NCBI GenBank assembly: GCA_043825875.1
Contig: JBDRRF010000052.1
Location: 1-19,450 of the forward strand
Length of the DNA: 19,450 nt
Origin: Pseudomonadota bacterium
Lineage (GTDB): Bacteria > Desulfobacterota > Desulfobacteria > Desulfobacterales > RPRI01
Direction of reading: 5' to 3'
Within the stretch, counting starts at the first letter, position 1; the number at the start of each line of letters is the position of its first letter. This document shows, piece by piece, positions 16,025 through 19,450 of the stretch. Below the pieces are notes generated by a model, which saw nothing but the letters and a program-made list of their open reading frames with translations, was not told where the DNA came from and did not search any database. The position numbers and the translations under genes were made by a program.

Positions 16025-16060
16025 TTGACATCCCAATATCTTTTATTATATAAGATATTG
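16025..16060 (+). promoter_or_regulatory. Putative promoter with overlapping palindromic operator
   Basis: TTGACA (16025-16030) and TATAAG (16049-16054) with 18 bp spacer; inverted repeat CAATATCTT (16034-16042) / AAGATATTG (16052-16060). Confidence 0.5.
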
Positions 16061-16221
16061 TCGATAATACAGATTCCTACTTATTCAACTAACGGTTTTA
16101 ATATTAGAACGTTTAATAAAAAATAAGGCAACAAAATTTCCGGTTTAACCTTTGTTTTTCTACGTAAATATTTTTCAAATCCATATTAAATTATCGTCTT
16201 AAAGTTAAAAAGGAGGATTTA

Positions 16222-17043
16222 ATGCAAGCAAAGAATTTTACACTTGGAATTATTGTATCGGTATTAATAATGTTTATATCCACCACCGCTGTGATTGGAG
16301 AAGAAAAGATCCCGGGAGTAAGAGAAGTATCCAACACTAATGAGCACTATTCGGTTTACGAAAAAGACGGGAAAGAATTAAAGCATGGCCTGTATAAAAA
16401 AATGCACGCAAATGGCCAAAAACTTGCGGAAGGTCTATACGATAACGGCAAAAAAGATGGTACCTGGACATATTGGGATAACAAGGGCAAAACTATAAAA
16501 ACCGAAAACTATAAAAAAGGGGATCGGCACGGAAAATGGGCCGAATGGTATTATAACGGAAAAAAACTTTTTGAAGCCGAATACAAAAACGATAAACCTA
16601 TCGGTACAAGATACGAATGGAACATGGACGGAAGCAAAAAGGCCGAAACCGTTTTTACACAAACAAAATTAGGCATACTGGCTGAAAAAACCGCCTGGTA
16701 TACTAATGGCCAACAGCTATCAAAAGGCAGTTATTTAAATGGAAAACTTGATGGAATAGAAACCCGCTGGTATAAAAATGGCCAAAAACAAAGCGAATGC
16801 AACTACGCAAACGGTCAGCGTAACGGACTATATGAAACATGGTACGATGACGGGAAACCTAAATCTGCGGACACCTATGCAAATAGCCGCAAAACAGGAA
16901 AATCAACCGAATGGTATAAAAATGGGCAGAAAAAAGCAGAAGGTGTTTATGCAGATGGAAAAGACGGTTCCTGGTCTTTCTGGAAAAAAACCGGAGAAAT
17001 ACAAAAGCAGGTGCGTTATAAAAAGGGGCGCGTGATAGAGTAG
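16222..17043 (+). CDS. Secreted MORN-variant repeat protein (YwqK-like annotation)
   Basis: RBS AAGGAGG; signal peptide; tandem ~24 aa repeats of the form G..WY.NGQK..E..Y..GK..G. Confidence 0.85.
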   Translation: MQAKNFTLGIIVSVLIMFISTTAVIGEEKIPGVREVSNTNEHYSVYEKDGKELKHGLYKKMHANGQKLAEGLYDNGKKDGTWTYWDNKGKTIKTENYKKGDRHGKWAEWYYNGKKLFEAEYKNDKPIGTRYEWNMDGSKKAETVFTQTKLGILAEKTAWYTNGQQLSKGSYLNGKLDGIETRWYKNGQKQSECNYANGQRNGLYETWYDDGKPKSADTYANSRKTGKSTEWYKNGQKKAEGVYADGKDGSWSFWKKTGEIQKQVRYKKGRVIE

Positions 17044-17092
17044 AAAGTACTTAAAAATTCTTAATGTTTTGCAAACATATTAACAGGAGTTT

Positions 17093-18769
17093 ATGATGGC
17101 AAATAAATTGATACGATATATGCTTATTCTATCAGGCCTGATTCTGTGCGTCCTGTCTACTGCTCTGGCCCAGGATGTTGTTCCCTCCAAAATTAGATCC
17201 GTCACACTCTTTTCCAACCAGGCTCTTGTAACAAGGGAAGCAAAAGTACCCGTTCAAAAGGGCTTAAATGAGATATTTATTGGGGTAGAAGCTTTTAATG
17301 TGGATGCAGATTCAGTATCTGCAAAAGTTTTCGGCAAAGGAGAACTTTACAGCGTTCAGCTAAAAACCATATACCTTGAAAAAGCACCTCAGGAAAACAT
17401 TAAGGATCTTGAAAAAAAACTAAAGGATCTCAAAGCAGCCCGTACAGCTATGACCGATGACATAGATGTTTTAAAAAACAAGGAACGTTTCTTGGAATCG
17501 GTCATAGATTTTTCTAAAACGCAAGTTCCTCAGGATATGAAAACCTCTTTTCCAAAAACCGAAGAACTTACAAAAACATTATCCTTTTTAGGGCAAAGCT
17601 TTGAAGATATCCTTAAGAAACGGCAATCTCTCGTTGAAAAAATCAGCGATACTGATGAAAAGATACAGGTCGTCGCAAAAGAACTAAACGCTCTTGGGTC
17701 ACGGCGTTCAAAAGAAAAAAAGGTTATCGAGATCCTGTTTAATTCTCAAAACACACAAACAGCCAGCATCTCAGCAAGCTATCTCACTTACAATGCTTTC
17801 TGGCAACCGCTTTACAAGGCTTCTGTTCCTACCGATTTGAAATCCGTAAACCTTACAATGTTTGCAAAACTTAACCAGAAAACCGGTGAAGACTGGCAGG
17901 ATATAAATCTTTTCATATCAAACGCTATACCGTTAAGAGGGGCAGCTCTGCCGGATACTCCTTCCTGGATTTTGGATATTATTAAGCCAAGGCCACAAGC
18001 TCTGAATAAAAGAATGAGCTTTTCAGCCAAAGCGTCTGCACCGATGCGAGAAGATAAAGAAGAAATGGCTCTCGATGAAGTCGGCTCTGAGCCGGAAGAA
18101 GCGCAAGAGGCAGATTTTGTAAGTGCTAAAACAAATGTAAGCCCGCTATCTTTCGAATATCAGATGCCACGCGAACTTACTATTGAATCAAAAGACAAAA
18201 CAACCTTGCTACCTCTTTTCAGCAAAACAATAAAAGGCGAGTTCCTGCATTATGCCGTTCCTAAAACATCTCCTTCCGCTTTTCTCATATGCAAAGCAAC
18301 CACAGATACAGAACTTTTAAGCGGTTTAATGAATGTTCATCTTGGTCCTCATTTTATTGGGAAAACTTTTCTTGATGCTAAAAACTCCGGAGATACTTTT
18401 GATTTAAATCTTGGTGCTGACAGGCAAGTTAAAATACAGCATATAAAAATAACTGATAAGAAAAAAGAAACATATTTTGGTTCTTTTGAAAGAAACACGG
18501 TTGTTCGTGAAATGGCTTTTAAAATTAAAATCGAAAATTTAAAGGACAAAGCCATCTCCGTAAATGTTTTAGATAGTATCCCCGTTTCGCGTACAGACAA
18601 AATCAAAATAGAAGATTTGAAGATTACGCCTCAACCAACCGAAAAGAACTATAAAGATCGGGAAGGCGTGTTAAGATGGCTTATTAAGCTACAGCCTAAA
18701 GCAAAAAAAGAAATCACTATTTCTTTTGTAGTAAACTATCCCAAAAACACTCCTGTTTCGGGTTTATAA
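17093..18769 (+). CDS. Mucoidy inhibitor MuiA family protein (DUF4140 + coiled coil + DUF4139)
   Basis: Signal peptide; SKIRSVTLFSNQALVTR (DUF4140); AFWQPLY, QKTGEDW, LNLGAD and GVLRWLIKL (DUF4139). Start may be 17096. Confidence 0.88.
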   Translation: MMANKLIRYMLILSGLILCVLSTALAQDVVPSKIRSVTLFSNQALVTREAKVPVQKGLNEIFIGVEAFNVDADSVSAKVFGKGELYSVQLKTIYLEKAPQENIKDLEKKLKDLKAARTAMTDDIDVLKNKERFLESVIDFSKTQVPQDMKTSFPKTEELTKTLSFLGQSFEDILKKRQSLVEKISDTDEKIQVVAKELNALGSRRSKEKKVIEILFNSQNTQTASISASYLTYNAFWQPLYKASVPTDLKSVNLTMFAKLNQKTGEDWQDINLFISNAIPLRGAALPDTPSWILDIIKPRPQALNKRMSFSAKASAPMREDKEEMALDEVGSEPEEAQEADFVSAKTNVSPLSFEYQMPRELTIESKDKTTLLPLFSKTIKGEFLHYAVPKTSPSAFLICKATTDTELLSGLMNVHLGPHFIGKTFLDAKNSGDTFDLNLGADRQVKIQHIKITDKKKETYFGSFERNTVVREMAFKIKIENLKDKAISVNVLDSIPVSRTDKIKIEDLKITPQPTEKNYKDREGVLRWLIKLQPKAKKEITISFVVNYPKNTPVSGL

Positions 18770-18778
18770 AAGATGTGA

Positions 18779-18808
18779 GAAGGATGGGTGGTTTATAACC
18801 CATCCTTC
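18779..18808. terminator. Hairpin between convergent genes (possible bidirectional terminator)
   Basis: GAAGGATGGGT (18779-18789), 8 nt loop, ACCCATCCTTC (18798-18808); extendable by AAGAT/ATCTT; overlaps the DUF1499 stop codon. Confidence 0.6.
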
Positions 18809-19266
18809 ATCTTGTTATTAAATATAGTACGCAGATTTTCAACCCTTCTTGCATTAACCCTAAAATCCGAATATCCTGTTCTTGCTCCTGAGCGTATGTG
18901 AATAATTCCTTCTGTGGAAACCATCCTGCACTCAAGATCATCTTCAAATTTAAATACCATGGAAGTAAATATAGCCCTAAGATAACCCTCGCGTTCTTCC
19001 TGAATGTTTCCTCCCATACTTGCTATGGATTCTTGAAGAACTTTCCAGGCATTTTCGGGTGAGCCCTGAAAGGTAAGCGGTTTTATACGCGAAAATTCGT
19101 CTCCTGTTTCGCTTGATACACAATTAGGGCTCTCCGGGCATGGCCTTAATTTTCCATCTGTCATCTGTATCCTTATAGATTTTGAAGCACATGATATAAA
19201 AAGAATATTCAATATAAAAATTGTCGATATAATTATAAATATATATCTTTTATCACTGTTTTTCAT
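18793..19266 (-). CDS. DUF1499 domain lipoprotein
   Basis: Lipobox-like FISC; LRPCPESPNCVSS, FKFEDDLE and IHIRSGARTGYSDFRVNARRVENLR motifs; AAGGAG RBS. Confidence 0.9.
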   Translation of the reverse strand: MKNSDKRYIFIIISTIFILNILFISCASKSIRIQMTDGKLRPCPESPNCVSSETGDEFSRIKPLTFQGSPENAWKVLQESIASMGGNIQEEREGYLRAIFTSMVFKFEDDLECRMVSTEGIIHIRSGARTGYSDFRVNARRVENLRTIFNNKMKDGL

Positions 19267-19450
19267 TGGTGGAGACTCCTTAACTCATTGCTGTTTGAAA
19301 CTCAGTTAGGGAACAATAGGGGACGGGTATTGATATATTGATATTAGCTATTCAATAATTTTGAGCCCTTTCTCTTTTATTATCTTTTCGCCCCGTTTTA
19401 TTGATTGACTGGCCGTGGGTTGTGATATTCCAAGCTTTTTGGATAACTCC

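Noticed and set aside
16400..17000. Repeated TGGTATAAAAATGG-like DNA as a CRISPR or tandem array
   Set aside because: These are coding MORN-variant repeats within one ORF; no repeat-spacer structure or cas genes
19267..19274. TGGTGGAG matching the tRNA-Ala 3' end as a possible att duplication
   Set aside because: Only 8 bp, lies in the DUF1499 translation-initiation region, and there is no integrase; expected by chance

Overview
AT-rich bacterial chromosomal window whose gene content suggests an anaerobic Desulfobacterales-like deltaproteobacterium (inference, not established). The left part (1-7772) is housekeeping-like: a GIY-YIG nuclease, tRNA-Ala(GGC), agmatinase plus pyruvoyl-dependent arginine decarboxylase, a Tat-signal aldo/keto reductase with a NapH/NapG-like polyferredoxin membrane protein, and an NSS-family Na+ symporter. 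From about 7780 to 15360 there is an all-plus-strand accessory islet. It starts with a decayed IS30-family transposase fragment missed by the ORF track. Next is a three-gene PIN-GNAT-PUA/EVE-like + ASCH + P-loop nucleotide-kinase-like module bracketed by an imperfect inverted repeat with GTT/AAC ends; this is the best candidate for an uncharacterised modification-linked conflict/defence system. The islet continues with a secreted NlpC/P60-like protein, a YajG-like lipoprotein, a CsgG-TPR-CsgG-OmpA lipoprotein, a Phd/YefM-VapC toxin-antitoxin pair with a yefM-like operator, and a DUF456 membrane protein. The right part encodes a YkgJ-like Cys-cluster protein, a secreted MORN-variant repeat protein, a MuiA-family (DUF4140/DUF4139) protein and a DUF1499 lipoprotein. 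All family calls come from motif recognition by eye; no database searches were run.
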